Source: Pseudomonadota bacterium
Lineage (GTDB): Bacteria; Desulfobacterota; Binatia; UBA9968
NCBI GenBank assembly: GCA_021324155.1
Contig: JAJPJQ010000051.1
Coordinates: forward strand, 199,293 to 263,292
Reading direction: 5' to 3'
DNA length: 64,000 bases
Shown piece by piece: positions 1-9,684 of this stretch; position 1 is the first letter of the stretch; every line of letters begins with the position of its first letter. The position numbers and the translations under genes are program-made. The notes below the pieces were generated by a model. The model was given only the letters and a program-made list of their open reading frames with translations. It ran no database searches and was not told the origin of the DNA.

Positions 1-760
1 GCTTCCCGACTGGGAGCTTTTTGATCGCGATGTCGGCCGCCTCCTCGGGCTTCTCGCGGATGAAAACCAGGGACCGCATCATCGCGCGCAGCCAGCGCTT
101 GATCTCGCCAGGCCGCTCGGCGATCTTTTTATCCGTCGTGAGAAATCCCTGAAATGGATAGGGAAATAAATCGCCGATGAAGGCCAGCGTCCGCAGCCCC
201 TCGCTCTCGCCGAGGATCGCCTCGTCGCCGTTGACGACCGCTGCGTGGACCGCGCCCGATTTGAGCGAGAGAAAGGTCGTGAACGTGTTGCGCGACGGCA
301 TCGCGACGCGCGTCATCTCGCGCGCGCCGACGCCGTGCTTTGCCGCCACCAGCGTGATCAGCGTGTCTTGCGTGTCGCCGATCGTGCCGACGGCGATGCG
401 CCGCCCCTTCAAATCGGAAATCTTATGCACCTCGGGTGCGCCGAGCAGATACCATGTGACTTTTTCGGTCTGAAACATGACCGCCTTGATCGGCGCGCCG
501 CGGAGCGCCGCGCGCATGCCGCTGCCGCCGGCGCCGCTGTAGTCGACCTCGCCGGACACGAGCGCGGCGATCGCCGTCGAACCGGGAATAACGATCGTCT
601 CGTTCTCGAGCCCCTCGTCGCGGAAAAATCCTTTCACCTCTGCGACGGGCACGGATAAATAATTCAGCGTCGCGCGCGGCGTGATCGTCCGGACCTTCTC
701 GGCCGAGGCGGTCGCGGCGATGAGGCTCAGTAAAAGAATAACGAGCAGCGGTAGCGCCAT
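1..760 (-). CDS. SsuA/THI5(NMT1)-like ABC solute-binding protein (3' end runs off window)
   Basis: Not in ORF track; manual translation from ATG at 760: MALPLLVILLLSLIAATASAEKVRTITPRATLNYLSVPVAEVKGFFRDEGLE...ISDLKGRRIAVG; signal peptide plus NMT1-type motifs. Confidence 0.85.
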   Translation of the reverse strand, partial: MALPLLVILLLSLIAATASAEKVRTITPRATLNYLSVPVAEVKGFFRDEGLENETIVIPGSTAIAALVSGEVDYSGAGGSGMRAALRGAPIKAVMFQTEKVTWYLLGAPEVHKISDLKGRRIAVGTIGDTQDTLITLVAAKHGVGAREMTRVAMPSRNTFTTFLSLKSGAVHAAVVNGDEAILGESEGLRTLAFIGDLFPYPFQGFLTTDKKIAERPGEIKRWLRAMMRSLVFIREKPEEAADIAIKKLPVGK

Positions 761-1717
761 CTATTTCGTCCTCTCCCGGCGAATCTCCTCGAGCAAGCGG
801 AAATCGACCATTTTCGTGAGCGGTATCTCACCCATGCCTTTTTCCGTCCGCCGGATGATATCTGCGTGCACCTTCATTGCCGCCTCGCTCGCCGCACCGT
901 CTTTGCTGATCGAGCGCAGCACCGACGCGTAGGATTCTTTCGCCACCGTGGGATCGAGCTTCCATTCACGCTCGACGATTGCGACCGTTTCGGCCGCTTG
1001 CTCGCGCGCGAAGATAAGGGCGCGATAGAGTGCGCGCAGTAGGCGCTTTACCTGAGCGCGTTCACTAGATAATTTTTTCTCGGTCGTAGCGAAACCGTTG
1101 CTCGGGAACTCGATCGCGTCGCCCAGGAACAAAAGCTCGTTGAACCCCTTTTGCTTCAATAGCACGTTGTCCGGCGGATTAGCGATAGTCGCGACGACCG
1201 ATCCGGACATGAGCGCCGCAATGCGCGTCGACGGGAGCCCGATCATGATCAGCACCACGTCGCGATGCGGGTCGAGGCCGTTCTTGCTCAGCGCGACGCG
1301 CGCGGCGAGATCGGTCGTGCCGCCGAACCGGCTGATGCCGACGTATTTGCCTTTGAGCTCGGCGACCGAGCGGATCGACTGCGCCGACATGAGAAAATAA
1401 TTCGGCAGCGCCGCGCCGAAAAAGATCGTCTTGATCGGCGCGCCTTTGGCGGCGAGTCTCAGCGCCGAGTCCGCCGCGCCGTGATAGTCGATTTCGCCCT
1501 GGAAGAGCGCGTTGTGGGCGATGTCGGGAAGCATGAGGACGACTTCGAGATCGATGTTCTCATCTTTGAAAAAGCCGCGGTTGAGCGCGACATAAAGCGG
1601 CAGGTAGCCCAGCGACTTCGACGGCAGCGCGAGTTTTACGCGCTCGGCGAAGGCGATTTCAGGGAGTGAGATTAAAAGAAGTATCAGGAATGCCCGCAAC
1701 GGGGTGGCTTTGAACAT
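761..1717 (-). CDS. SsuA/THI5(NMT1)-like ABC solute-binding protein
   Basis: Signal peptide; GFFKDENID and ELKGKYVGISRFGG motifs. Confidence 0.9.
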   Translation of the reverse strand: MFKATPLRAFLILLLISLPEIAFAERVKLALPSKSLGYLPLYVALNRGFFKDENIDLEVVLMLPDIAHNALFQGEIDYHGAADSALRLAAKGAPIKTIFFGAALPNYFLMSAQSIRSVAELKGKYVGISRFGGTTDLAARVALSKNGLDPHRDVVLIMIGLPSTRIAALMSGSVVATIANPPDNVLLKQKGFNELLFLGDAIEFPSNGFATTEKKLSSERAQVKRLLRALYRALIFAREQAAETVAIVEREWKLDPTVAKESYASVLRSISKDGAASEAAMKVHADIIRRTEKGMGEIPLTKMVDFRLLEEIRRERTK

Positions 1718-1763
1718 CGGAGCGAATGTTGGCAGGTAGGCCGCTTTACGTCAATACAAAGCG

Positions 1764-2177
1764 CTACTCTCTTAAGTAGCGTTTTTTCCCGGAGAGAACT
1801 CCGACTATAGCGGTTTTGAGAGCCTCAAGTCGGGGATGTACCCAAGTTTCCAAAGCAACCAAGCCGCCACCCATTCCGCCTCCGATTACCTCACCGACAT
1901 GATGTCTTTCGAAGCAAACGCGGGACATATCCCAATCATTGTTGGGCCACTCCATTTCATCGATATCCCTCAGAAGTCTCCGCAGTGTTTCCTCGGAACA
2001 TGCAACGTCCGAAGCCCTGGCGACGACATAAATTTCTCCACCTTCATCACCTTCCAAAATAACTACACCGTCCGCATCTCGTTGTGCCTCGGATAATGAG
2101 GCGAACGTGTGATGTTCGACGCCGTCAGCTTCGGCAATTAAGCTGAGCAGAGGACTGTCGATTTCTTTTTTCGACAT
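1764..2177 (-). CDS. hypothetical protein (137 aa, AT-richer than neighbours)
   Basis: ORF fills the gap between two SBP genes; start 2 nt from upstream stop; no family recognised. Confidence 0.65.
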   Translation of the reverse strand: MSKKEIDSPLLSLIAEADGVEHHTFASLSEAQRDADGVVILEGDEGGEIYVVARASDVACSEETLRRLLRDIDEMEWPNNDWDMSRVCFERHHVGEVIGGGMGGGLVALETWVHPRLEALKTAIVGVLSGKKRYLRE

Positions 2178-2179
2178 TA

Positions 2180-3160
2180 CTATCTCCCCACTCCCAGCTC
2201 CTTCTGCACTTCCCGCAGCACGGAGAAGTCCACGACCTTATTGATCGGCGGCGGGTCTTTGAGCTGCATCGGCGCGGTGATCGTAAGCTCGATGTTTTGC
2301 TTGAGCGATTCCTCGCTCGCGCCGCCGGGATCGCGCGGATCGATCGCGCGCACGGACACCGCCGACGCGCTCTCGGCGACGTCGCGCGGGTGCTTGAACT
2401 CGCGCATCGCGATCTTGATCGTCTCCTCGCGGTTCTTCAGCATGAGCTGGAGCGAGCGCACCATCGCTCGCGTCCAACGCTTGATCTTGCCGCGCTCGTG
2501 TGTGAGCTTGGCTTCGCTCGTCGCGTAGCCCGCCCACGGCCACGCGCCGATATCGGCGAGCGACGCCAATTCGGTAAAGCCTTTTTTCTTTAAAATAAAC
2601 GCGGCGTCTGGATTGAACGCGCGCGCCTGGATGATTCCCTGCTGCATCGCCTGGACGGCGGTCTCGGCGCCGCCGGCGGAAAAATAGGTCACGTCCTTTT
2701 TGGGATTCAGACCGTAGTGCTCGAGCACCATCGCCGAGGCGATCTCGGTGCTGCCGCCGGGCGCGGTGATGCCGATCACTTTGCCCTTTAAGTCCTGTAC
2801 GCGCTTGATCTCGGGCGCGCCCACCAGAACGAACGTGCAGCGCTGGTGCGTGAAGAAGATCGCCTTCAACGGCGCGCCGCGGGTCGCCGCGCGCATCGCC
2901 GAGCCGGCGGCGCCGGCGACGTCGATCTCGCCGGCCATGAGCGCCGTCACCACGACGTTGGTGTTGACGACGAGCCACTGCACGTCGAGCCCTTCGTCCT
3001 TGAAGAAGCCCGCGCGCATGCCGACGAAGAGCGGCAGGTAGCCGTAGTCTTTGGTCGAGAGCGCGACGCGGATGCGCTCGAGCGCCGAGGCGGCGCGGGC
3101 CGGAGCGGAGGCGAGCGCGACAAGCGCGAGCGCGGCGGCGAACGCTGCGAGAAATTTCAT
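2180..3160 (-). CDS. SsuA/THI5(NMT1)-like ABC solute-binding protein
   Basis: Start re-assigned to MKFLAAF at 3160; GFFKDEGLD and DLKGKVIGITAPGG motifs. Confidence 0.9.
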   Translation of the reverse strand: MKFLAAFAAALALVALASAPARAASALERIRVALSTKDYGYLPLFVGMRAGFFKDEGLDVQWLVVNTNVVVTALMAGEIDVAGAAGSAMRAATRGAPLKAIFFTHQRCTFVLVGAPEIKRVQDLKGKVIGITAPGGSTEIASAMVLEHYGLNPKKDVTYFSAGGAETAVQAMQQGIIQARAFNPDAAFILKKKGFTELASLADIGAWPWAGYATSEAKLTHERGKIKRWTRAMVRSLQLMLKNREETIKIAMREFKHPRDVAESASAVSVRAIDPRDPGGASEESLKQNIELTITAPMQLKDPPPINKVVDFSVLREVQKELGVGR

Positions 3161-3167
3161 GCAGCCT

Positions 3168-3584
3168 TTAGTGCCGCGCGGGAAAGTGGAGCTCGAGATA
3201 GTTGCCCTCGGTATCGAACATATAGATCGTCTTGCCGCTCTTGCGCTCGACGATGCGGTGGAATGTGCCAAGCTCCTTCGCTTTCCTGAGCGCCTCCTCG
3301 TAATCGCGCATGTCCATGTCGAACGCCTGGTGCGCGATGCCGTCTTGGTCGAGCGCGTCGCGTTCGAGCGGCCGCGGCCGCTCGAACAGCACGACGTCGC
3401 TATCGCCGCAGCGCAGCCGGTCGAGGCGCTGGTACTTGCCGTGAATCTCCAGCGCGTCGGGATTGTTGGGATTGCCGCCGACGCGGTCCATGAACTGCAG
3501 GCCGAGCACGTTGACGTAAAAATCGCGCGCGCGGTCGATATCGTCGACCGGAATTCCGACGTGATACAGGCTGGTTACTTTCAT
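3168..3584 (-). CDS. VOC (glyoxalase/bleomycin resistance) family protein
   Basis: HVGIPVDD..RARDFY..VLG, HQAF, DTEGNYLELH. Confidence 0.9.
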   Translation of the reverse strand: MKVTSLYHVGIPVDDIDRARDFYVNVLGLQFMDRVGGNPNNPDALEIHGKYQRLDRLRCGDSDVVLFERPRPLERDALDQDGIAHQAFDMDMRDYEEALRKAKELGTFHRIVERKSGKTIYMFDTEGNYLELHFPARH

Positions 3585-3593
3585 GAGCGCCTC

Positions 3594-4601
3594 CTATTGT
3601 TTCAAGAACAGCTTGGCGTATTCCTTGCGCTTCTCGGCGAAGCCGGCGGTGTCGAGCTCGTCCATCTCGATCTCCTGAATGTTATCGGCGCCGTCGAGCG
3701 GCGGGTAGATTCCCTTGCGCGTAACGAACTCGCCGAGCCGCGCCATGCCCTTCATGCTCTCCTCGCCGAGAAAAAAATCGATGAACGCTCTCGCCGCATT
3801 CGGCCGCGCCGCCTTGCTGTCGACACCGATGTAGTGGCCGTGCCCCAGCATCTTGGTCTCCCGCACGTAGTCGAGCGGCGCGCCCTTCTGCGCGAACGCG
3901 ACGACGTACTTCAAATAGCTGATGCCGAGCGGCGTCTCGCCCGTCGTGACGCGCTCGGCGGCGTTGAGCACGCCTTCGACGATCGCCGGGCGCGTCGCCG
4001 CGAAATCGCGAATGAATTTCTCCGCCTTGTCCTTGCCCATCAGCTTGTAGAGGCTCGCCGGCCAGCTCGCGGCGATGACGCCACGCGTCGGGTCGGGCAT
4101 GGCGACCTTGCCGCGAAACTCGGGCTTGAGCAAATCTTCTAGCGACCGCGGCGCCGCCTCGGGCTTGATGATGCTCTTGTTGTAGATCACGCCGACGACG
4201 CCGGTGCGGTAGCGCGGCCCGAGCACCGGATGAACGATGTCCGGCGCGAAATCCTTGCTCGCGGGCGAAATGTATTTCTGGAAGACGTTTTCCTTCAGCA
4301 TGATCAGCATCGGCGTCGAGTTGGTCACGATGACGTCGGACTGAACTTTATTCGAGCGGTGCTCGCCGATCGCGCGGTCGGTCAGCGAAGCGGCCGACGC
4401 GCGCCAGTAATCGACGGCGATGCCGGTTTTTTTCTCGAAGGCTTTCTTGATGTCGTCGAAGATATCGGTCTCGAGCGAGCCATAGATGACGACACGCCCT
4501 TCCTTCTTGGCGTCGGCGAGGAGCCTCGCGTCCTGCGCGAAGACGATTCGCGGGAGACAAAGAAGGAAAGCGGCGATCGCCGCCAAAACGCGCAAGCTCA
4601 T
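3594..4601 (-). CDS. extracellular solute-binding protein (Fe3+/thiamine-type ABC SBP)
   Basis: Signal peptide; AKKEGRVVIY, APRSLEDLLKPEF, PNAARAFIDF motifs. Confidence 0.85.
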   Translation of the reverse strand: MSLRVLAAIAAFLLCLPRIVFAQDARLLADAKKEGRVVIYGSLETDIFDDIKKAFEKKTGIAVDYWRASAASLTDRAIGEHRSNKVQSDVIVTNSTPMLIMLKENVFQKYISPASKDFAPDIVHPVLGPRYRTGVVGVIYNKSIIKPEAAPRSLEDLLKPEFRGKVAMPDPTRGVIAASWPASLYKLMGKDKAEKFIRDFAATRPAIVEGVLNAAERVTTGETPLGISYLKYVVAFAQKGAPLDYVRETKMLGHGHYIGVDSKAARPNAARAFIDFFLGEESMKGMARLGEFVTRKGIYPPLDGADNIQEIEMDELDTAGFAEKRKEYAKLFLKQ

Positions 4602-4602
4602 G

Positions 4603-6495
4603 TCATTCCCCGCCCTGCGCCCATTCGTCGAACTCTTCCAGACCGAGGCGCTGCAGCGTGTCCCTGAACGGCCGGCCGCTGCGCTCGTGGCGGCCGGTCA
4701 GGCGGTAGTATTCGAAAATCAAATCGGGCAGCCACTTCGCGATCGTGAAGCCCTGATATTTTCCATCCGGGATCGGCTCCAGAAATCGCGGCCCGACGTT
4801 CTTCCAGTCGTCGTCGGCGATCCAGCCGCGCTGCGTCGCGAAGATGCTCTGGAGCATCACGCTGCGATGGCCGGCGGCCATCGCGTCGTCCATTGTAAAA
4901 TTCCAGCCGGTGACCGCGTTCAGCGCGTCGATGACGCAGGTAAGGCCATCGGGCTTGTGGTGCGTCAGCGCGAACCAGCAGCCGCCGAAAATACCGGTGA
5001 ACTGCCGGTATTGCTCCGACAGCATATGCGAGCGCGCCCAGCCGTCGGGCGCGTTGTCGTCGAGCGGTCCCCATTTTTCCTTGTCGCGCAGGTCCGGCGG
5101 CGGCTTGGCCGAGCCGCCGCCCTGTGGCTTCATGCCGCCGGAAGCGACCAGCTCGCGCAGCATCTCGCCGAGCTTCGGACGCCACTCGTGCATCGCCGGC
5201 GTGCCGCCTTTGGTGTGCACCGCCCAATTCGGCGCGTCGCCGCCGATCGCCTCGGCGGTCTGCTTCGGCCCTTCGGCGAGGAGATTGCCGAGCCAGCCCT
5301 CGCGGCGCGCCGCCATGTCGAGCAATTTCTCCACCGCTTCGGCGTTGCCCCATTCGAGACGCAAGCCGTTCGTCTGCTCCGGGCCGAGCAGCCCCTTTTC
5401 CCATGCCTCAAAGGCGACGCCGGCGCCGCACGAAAAGTGGCTGCACTCGATGCCGAGGTCGTTGATCTTCTCGGCGAGATAGAGCGCCGCGTTTCCGCGC
5501 ACGCCGAGATTGAAAAACGTGTCGAGCCATTCGCCGCCCGCGTTGAAACGGACCGTGGTGCCTTTGTAAGGGCCCTCGCCCAGCTTCGCATCCCACGGGC
5601 AGAGCCGCTGGCATTGAAAGCACGGGCGCAGCACGACGTCGTTCTTGTCGAAACCCGCGATATGGCTCGGGTCGAGCTCGGTGCTGCGCCAGTTGTAGTT
5701 ATTGAGCGCGCCCCAAGCGTCGCCGTGGCCGTACTTCGTCTTCTTTTTCTTGACATCGTGCGGTTGCAGGACCGAGCGCCAGCGCTGCCCGGCGTCGATG
5801 AGCTTTGCCTTATCGGCGAGCCGCGGGCGCGCCGTGCCGCTGACGACGATCGCCTTCAATTTTTTCGAGCCGAACACCGCGCCGCCGCTGTGCGCCGCGA
5901 AATGATTGTAGTCGTTCGCCAGCATCGCCGCGCGGTTGAGATTTTCGCCGGCCGGCCCGATGCAGAGGACGCGCGCGTCCTTGATGCCCACTTCCTCGCG
6001 GAGCGCGTCCTCCGTCGCGCGCGTGCCGAGTCCCCAGACTCTGGAGGCGTCGCGCAGCTCAGCGACGCCGTCGTGGATGTAAAGATAGCTGGGGCGCGAA
6101 GCGGCGCCGCTCAGAATGATGCCGTCGTAGCCCGCGGCCTTGAGATAGGTGCCCCAAAAACCGCTCGTCGCGCCGCGCCCGAGCGAATAGTTCGTCAGCG
6201 GGCTCAGATAGACGGCCGTCATCTTGGTGCCGCCGGGCGTGAAGCCGTTGCCCGTGATGGGCCCGGTCATCAAAACGACCCGGCTCTCCGGGTCGAAGGG
6301 CTTCGCGTCGACCGGCGTTTCTTTGAGCAGGATATAGGTCGCGAGCGCCTGGCCGCCAATAAATTTTTTTAAGACATCGTTTTCCGGCAGGTTCTCGTCG
6401 CTGAGCTCGCCGGACGTGAGGTCCGCGCGGAGGATTTTCCCCATATAGCCGCCGGGCAGCGGCGTGCTCCGCGTCCGCGGAAAGAGATCGCTCAT
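4603..6495 (-). CDS. aor: aldehyde:ferredoxin oxidoreductase family (W/Mo-bispterin) protein
   Basis: GYMGKILRADL, SPLT, GYDGII, IGPAGEN, GSKKLKAI; CxxCxxxC (CFQCQRLC) plus distal Cys (GGCWF). Confidence 0.9.
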   Translation of the reverse strand: MSDLFPRTRSTPLPGGYMGKILRADLTSGELSDENLPENDVLKKFIGGQALATYILLKETPVDAKPFDPESRVVLMTGPITGNGFTPGGTKMTAVYLSPLTNYSLGRGATSGFWGTYLKAAGYDGIILSGAASRPSYLYIHDGVAELRDASRVWGLGTRATEDALREEVGIKDARVLCIGPAGENLNRAAMLANDYNHFAAHSGGAVFGSKKLKAIVVSGTARPRLADKAKLIDAGQRWRSVLQPHDVKKKKTKYGHGDAWGALNNYNWRSTELDPSHIAGFDKNDVVLRPCFQCQRLCPWDAKLGEGPYKGTTVRFNAGGEWLDTFFNLGVRGNAALYLAEKINDLGIECSHFSCGAGVAFEAWEKGLLGPEQTNGLRLEWGNAEAVEKLLDMAARREGWLGNLLAEGPKQTAEAIGGDAPNWAVHTKGGTPAMHEWRPKLGEMLRELVASGGMKPQGGGSAKPPPDLRDKEKWGPLDDNAPDGWARSHMLSEQYRQFTGIFGGCWFALTHHKPDGLTCVIDALNAVTGWNFTMDDAMAAGHRSVMLQSIFATQRGWIADDDWKNVGPRFLEPIPDGKYQGFTIAKWLPDLIFEYYRLTGRHERSGRPFRDTLQRLGLEEFDEWAQGGE

Positions 6496-6635
6496 CGCAA
6501 CTGAAAATAGGAAAACAGAGGGGTGGCGTCAAGGGCGCGCAAGCCACGAAGCGAGGGGGCATGGGGCGTGAGTAAGATACGGAGAAAATCCCCCCGAAGC
6601 TAATCTTTTATGTCGGCTCGCGCCTCGCGGCTTGT

Positions 6636-7109
6636 TTAGGCCAGGGACGCTCTCGCGGCATCCAGGCGCAGCGCCTCGACGCGCGCGCGCTGATCGGACG
6701 CGCGCGCCGCGAGATCGTCGTAGTCGACACCGCGGAGGGCCGGCGCCGCTACGGCGGCGGCGCTGAGCGCCTGCCAGAGCGCGAGCTTCCCGTGGATGCC
6801 GAGCGCGACGGCTTCGAGACTCTCCAGACGCCGCAGCGGCCCGCTGCTTTTATCGTCCGCGCGCATTTTGAGCCGCGCGCCTTTCTCCGCGATCCACGCG
6901 CTCGCCTTCCGCGTAGCGCTCTCGGCGACGCCGAGCTCGCGCATCAGCTCTCGCAGCTTGTTTCGATCTTCCTCGATTTCAGCGCGCAATTCGGCCAGCG
7001 CCGGCGCGATGTCCTCGGCCGTCGCTTCGAGGTCTTCGAGATGCTGGATTGCGATGGCGGCGCCCGCCAGGTGATCGTTCAGATAAGTCGCTAAATGTTC
7101 TTGCGCCAT
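6636..7109 (-). CDS. conserved hypothetical protein (ferritin-like helical)
   Basis: YLNDHLAGA...LEAVALGIHGKLALW; RBS GGAGG upstream. Confidence 0.75.
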   Translation of the reverse strand: MAQEHLATYLNDHLAGAAIAIQHLEDLEATAEDIAPALAELRAEIEEDRNKLRELMRELGVAESATRKASAWIAEKGARLKMRADDKSSGPLRRLESLEAVALGIHGKLALWQALSAAAVAAPALRGVDYDDLAARASDQRARVEALRLDAARASLA

Positions 7110-7177
7110 AGCCCCTCCCGCGGAGGTTCTATGGAAAGTGTAGCACCGGCAGGCGAAACGAGAAGGCGTGTTATTTA

Positions 7178-7437
7178 TTATCCATCCAGGAGAATGCGAT
7201 ACGAGCCGTGGATCGCCTGTAGCCTGTCGCTTTTCGCGTCCCAGACCGACAATTCAAGCTCGCGCAGCCGCGCGGCGCGTTCTTTCACTTTGTCGGTTCT
7301 GCGAAGCTCCGGGTCCGTGACTAATGCGTAGGCGCGATCCAGAGCGATTTTACGATATCCGAGGGCTCGCCTGCATAAACCGGCGCAGCCATCAAATATA
7401 GCCCGAGGAGGATGCGGGACAAGCGAATAAGCTTCAT
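7178..7437 (-). pseudogene. frameshifted, truncated MlaC/Ttg2D-like periplasmic protein remnant
   Basis: MKLIRLSRILLGLYLMAAPVYA-GEPSDIVK then frame change at the A-run (plus-strand T 7348-7351) into IALDRAYALVTDPELRRTDKVKERAARLREL, resembling MlaC N-termini. Confidence 0.45.
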
Positions 7438-7507
7438 TGCCGAAGCCTATTAACACAGGGAGGAGTAAATCGGCAACCGCTTAAAAGACGGTGAAATTTA
7501 TTTTTTA

Positions 7508-8479
7508 TTACGCTTTGATCTCGATCAGCACCGCCTCCGGATCGGCGCCGTAGCGCCATGGGAGGCCGACGCTGCCGAGGCCCCGCGAGACAAGCAGGAG
7601 CGACGAGCCAAAGGCGTAAAGCCCTTCGTCGAGGCAGAAGTGGCTCTGGCGGACCATCGGCGGGCCGTATTTGAAGCGGATCTGCCCGCCGTGCGTGTGG
7701 CCGGAGAGAATCAACGGCACTTTGCGTGCGGCGGCCTGGTAGAACAGATCAGGATGATGCGCGAGCAGCAGATGCGGCGTTCCATGCGCAGTCGTCATTA
7801 TATCCCAGTCCGGCTTTCCCATGACGTAATCGTCGATGCCGCCGAGGACGAACTTGCCGTGGCCGTGGCGCACCTCGACCGCGGCATTTTTGAGCGTGCG
7901 GATACCGATATTCGCTAGCCGCACGCGGATCTTGTCCGCGTCGCCGCCGAAATAATCGTGGTTGCCGTGGCAGTACCACGCTCCGAGCGGAGCTTGCGAA
8001 AGCGGCGCGAGCGCGGGGATGAAGCCGTCCAAATCGCTCGCCTGCGCCGTTACGATGTCGCCGGCGATCGCGACGAGATCAGGCTCGAAGTCCATCAGGC
8101 CGTCGACGATATCTGCGACGATCTCCGGCTTCAAAAACGTTCCGGTGTGAATGTCGGAAAGGAGCAGCACGCGTAGTCGCGGCATCTCTTTCGGCCAGCC
8201 GAGCGGCTTGAGCGACGCCTCCGCGAGGCCGAAGCGGCGCGGCAACAGCCAGGTGTACGGGTGCCAAAGGCCCAACAGATGCGGAAAGACATAGCGCGAC
8301 ACGTAGCGGTCGATCGCGCGCTCGAAAATCTTGAAGAGGCCTTTGTTCGGATCGAGCCAGCGGCGCTCTCTTCCGGTCATCAGCTTCGGCGGCTTGAGCG
8401 TGCGGCGGCGGGTAATGCGAACTGTACGGTGGTCTTCCTTCTCGGGGAATTTTACTGCGAGCTGGTCGTCGACTCTCAT
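7508..8479 (-). CDS. metallophosphoesterase (YkuE-like)
   Basis: SDIH, AGDIV, GNHDY, LAHHPD, SGHTHGGQ, SRGLG motifs; start uncertain. Confidence 0.9.
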   Translation of the reverse strand: MRVDDQLAVKFPEKEDHRTVRITRRRTLKPPKLMTGRERRWLDPNKGLFKIFERAIDRYVSRYVFPHLLGLWHPYTWLLPRRFGLAEASLKPLGWPKEMPRLRVLLLSDIHTGTFLKPEIVADIVDGLMDFEPDLVAIAGDIVTAQASDLDGFIPALAPLSQAPLGAWYCHGNHDYFGGDADKIRVRLANIGIRTLKNAAVEVRHGHGKFVLGGIDDYVMGKPDWDIMTTAHGTPHLLLAHHPDLFYQAAARKVPLILSGHTHGGQIRFKYGPPMVRQSHFCLDEGLYAFGSSLLLVSRGLGSVGLPWRYGADPEAVLIEIKA

Positions 8480-8606
8480 CTCAGCACGATTTTGCCGCAA
8501 ATCGGCCGGTGAGACAACGGGGTAAAAGGGAAAAAGTGGTAGCGTGGACGATTTTTTTCGGCGCGCAGCGTGCGCCTCGGGAAAAGTCGCTCCCTGAAGT
8601 GCTCAA

Positions 8607-9557
8607 TTAGTGCTTTTTGTGCCCAAAAGTCTTCTCGTAATCTCTTTGTAACGATTCTGGAATAAATTCGCTTTCCAGCTTTCTTATCTTGCCGATGCCG
8701 ATGAGCGGCTCCTGCGCCCGCGGCACCACGCCCCATTTATTTTTCTGCGCGCGCGCGTTCCATTCCTCCACCGCGGCGGGGCCTTTTTCTTTGAAGTCGT
8801 GCATCAGCTCCCAGGTCGCCTGGAGACCGTTCGCGGTCGTGAGGCTCGGAAACAGCACCGCGGCGGCGCCCAACTCGCAGAATTCCTCCAGCGTCGGCGA
8901 CGGCGGCGGCCCGTAGTACGGCGCGATCACGGGCGCGGGAATGCGCCTGCACGCTTCTTTGATTTCTTCGCGCGTCCGCAGCGTGTTCACCCACACGGCG
9001 TCCACTCCGGCCTTTTCCACGTAGGCGATCGAGCGCGCCATGGCGTCTTCGAAATCGCCCTGCTCCGAGCCGATGGAGTCGCAGCGCGCGACGACGACGA
9101 AGTCGGGATCGAGCTCGTTGCGCGCCGCAACCGCGGCGCGGTACTTCCCGATCGCCTCGTCGACCGAGATGAGCCGCCGGCCGGCGAGCGTGCCGGATTT
9201 CTTCGGCGCCTCCTGGTCCTCGATGTGTAGCGCGGCGGCGCCGGCGCGGATGTATTCCTGCACGGCGTGGTACGCGCTCACCGCGTTGCCGTAGCCGGTG
9301 TCGGCGTCGGCGAAGATCGCGATGTTGGTTCCGGCAGCGAGCCGGCGCGCAGCTTCGACCATCTCGGCGAGGCCGATGAGGCCGACGTCAGGATAGCCGT
9401 AGAGATAGGCCGCGATCTGCGAGCCAGCCATGAAAAACGCTTCGTAGCCCAACGCTTCCGCCATGCGCGCGTGCAGCGGGCTGAAGCCGCCGGGCATCAC
9501 GAGCAGCTCGGGAGATTTCAACAATGCGCGAAAACGCGCGGAGGGTTTGATTGTCAT
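8607..9557 (-). CDS. isocitrate lyase/PEP mutase family protein (PrpB-like)
   Basis: PDVG, DADTGYG, IEDQ..PKKSG, VARCD motifs. Confidence 0.9.
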   Translation of the reverse strand: MTIKPSARFRALLKSPELLVMPGGFSPLHARMAEALGYEAFFMAGSQIAAYLYGYPDVGLIGLAEMVEAARRLAAGTNIAIFADADTGYGNAVSAYHAVQEYIRAGAAALHIEDQEAPKKSGTLAGRRLISVDEAIGKYRAAVAARNELDPDFVVVARCDSIGSEQGDFEDAMARSIAYVEKAGVDAVWVNTLRTREEIKEACRRIPAPVIAPYYGPPPSPTLEEFCELGAAAVLFPSLTTANGLQATWELMHDFKEKGPAAVEEWNARAQKNKWGVVPRAQEPLIGIGKIRKLESEFIPESLQRDYEKTFGHKKH

Positions 9558-9684
9558 AGGGGCGAAATATCAAGGCAAGAGCCGAGAGGCAACAGGCGTG
9601 AGCCGGAAACGAACCCCTAAGAATATTCAGCGTAGTTTAGATATTCTGGCAAGATACAGCTGATTTCTTCATCGCGATCGCGCT

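Noticed and set aside
4486..6372. 628-aa plus-strand ORF, and similar long antisense or alternate-frame ORFs (e.g. 3051-4142, 20687-21898, 38541-39701, 55207-56562, 61145-62887)
   Set aside because: Shadow ORFs of high-GC genes; the overlapping frame has clear family motifs
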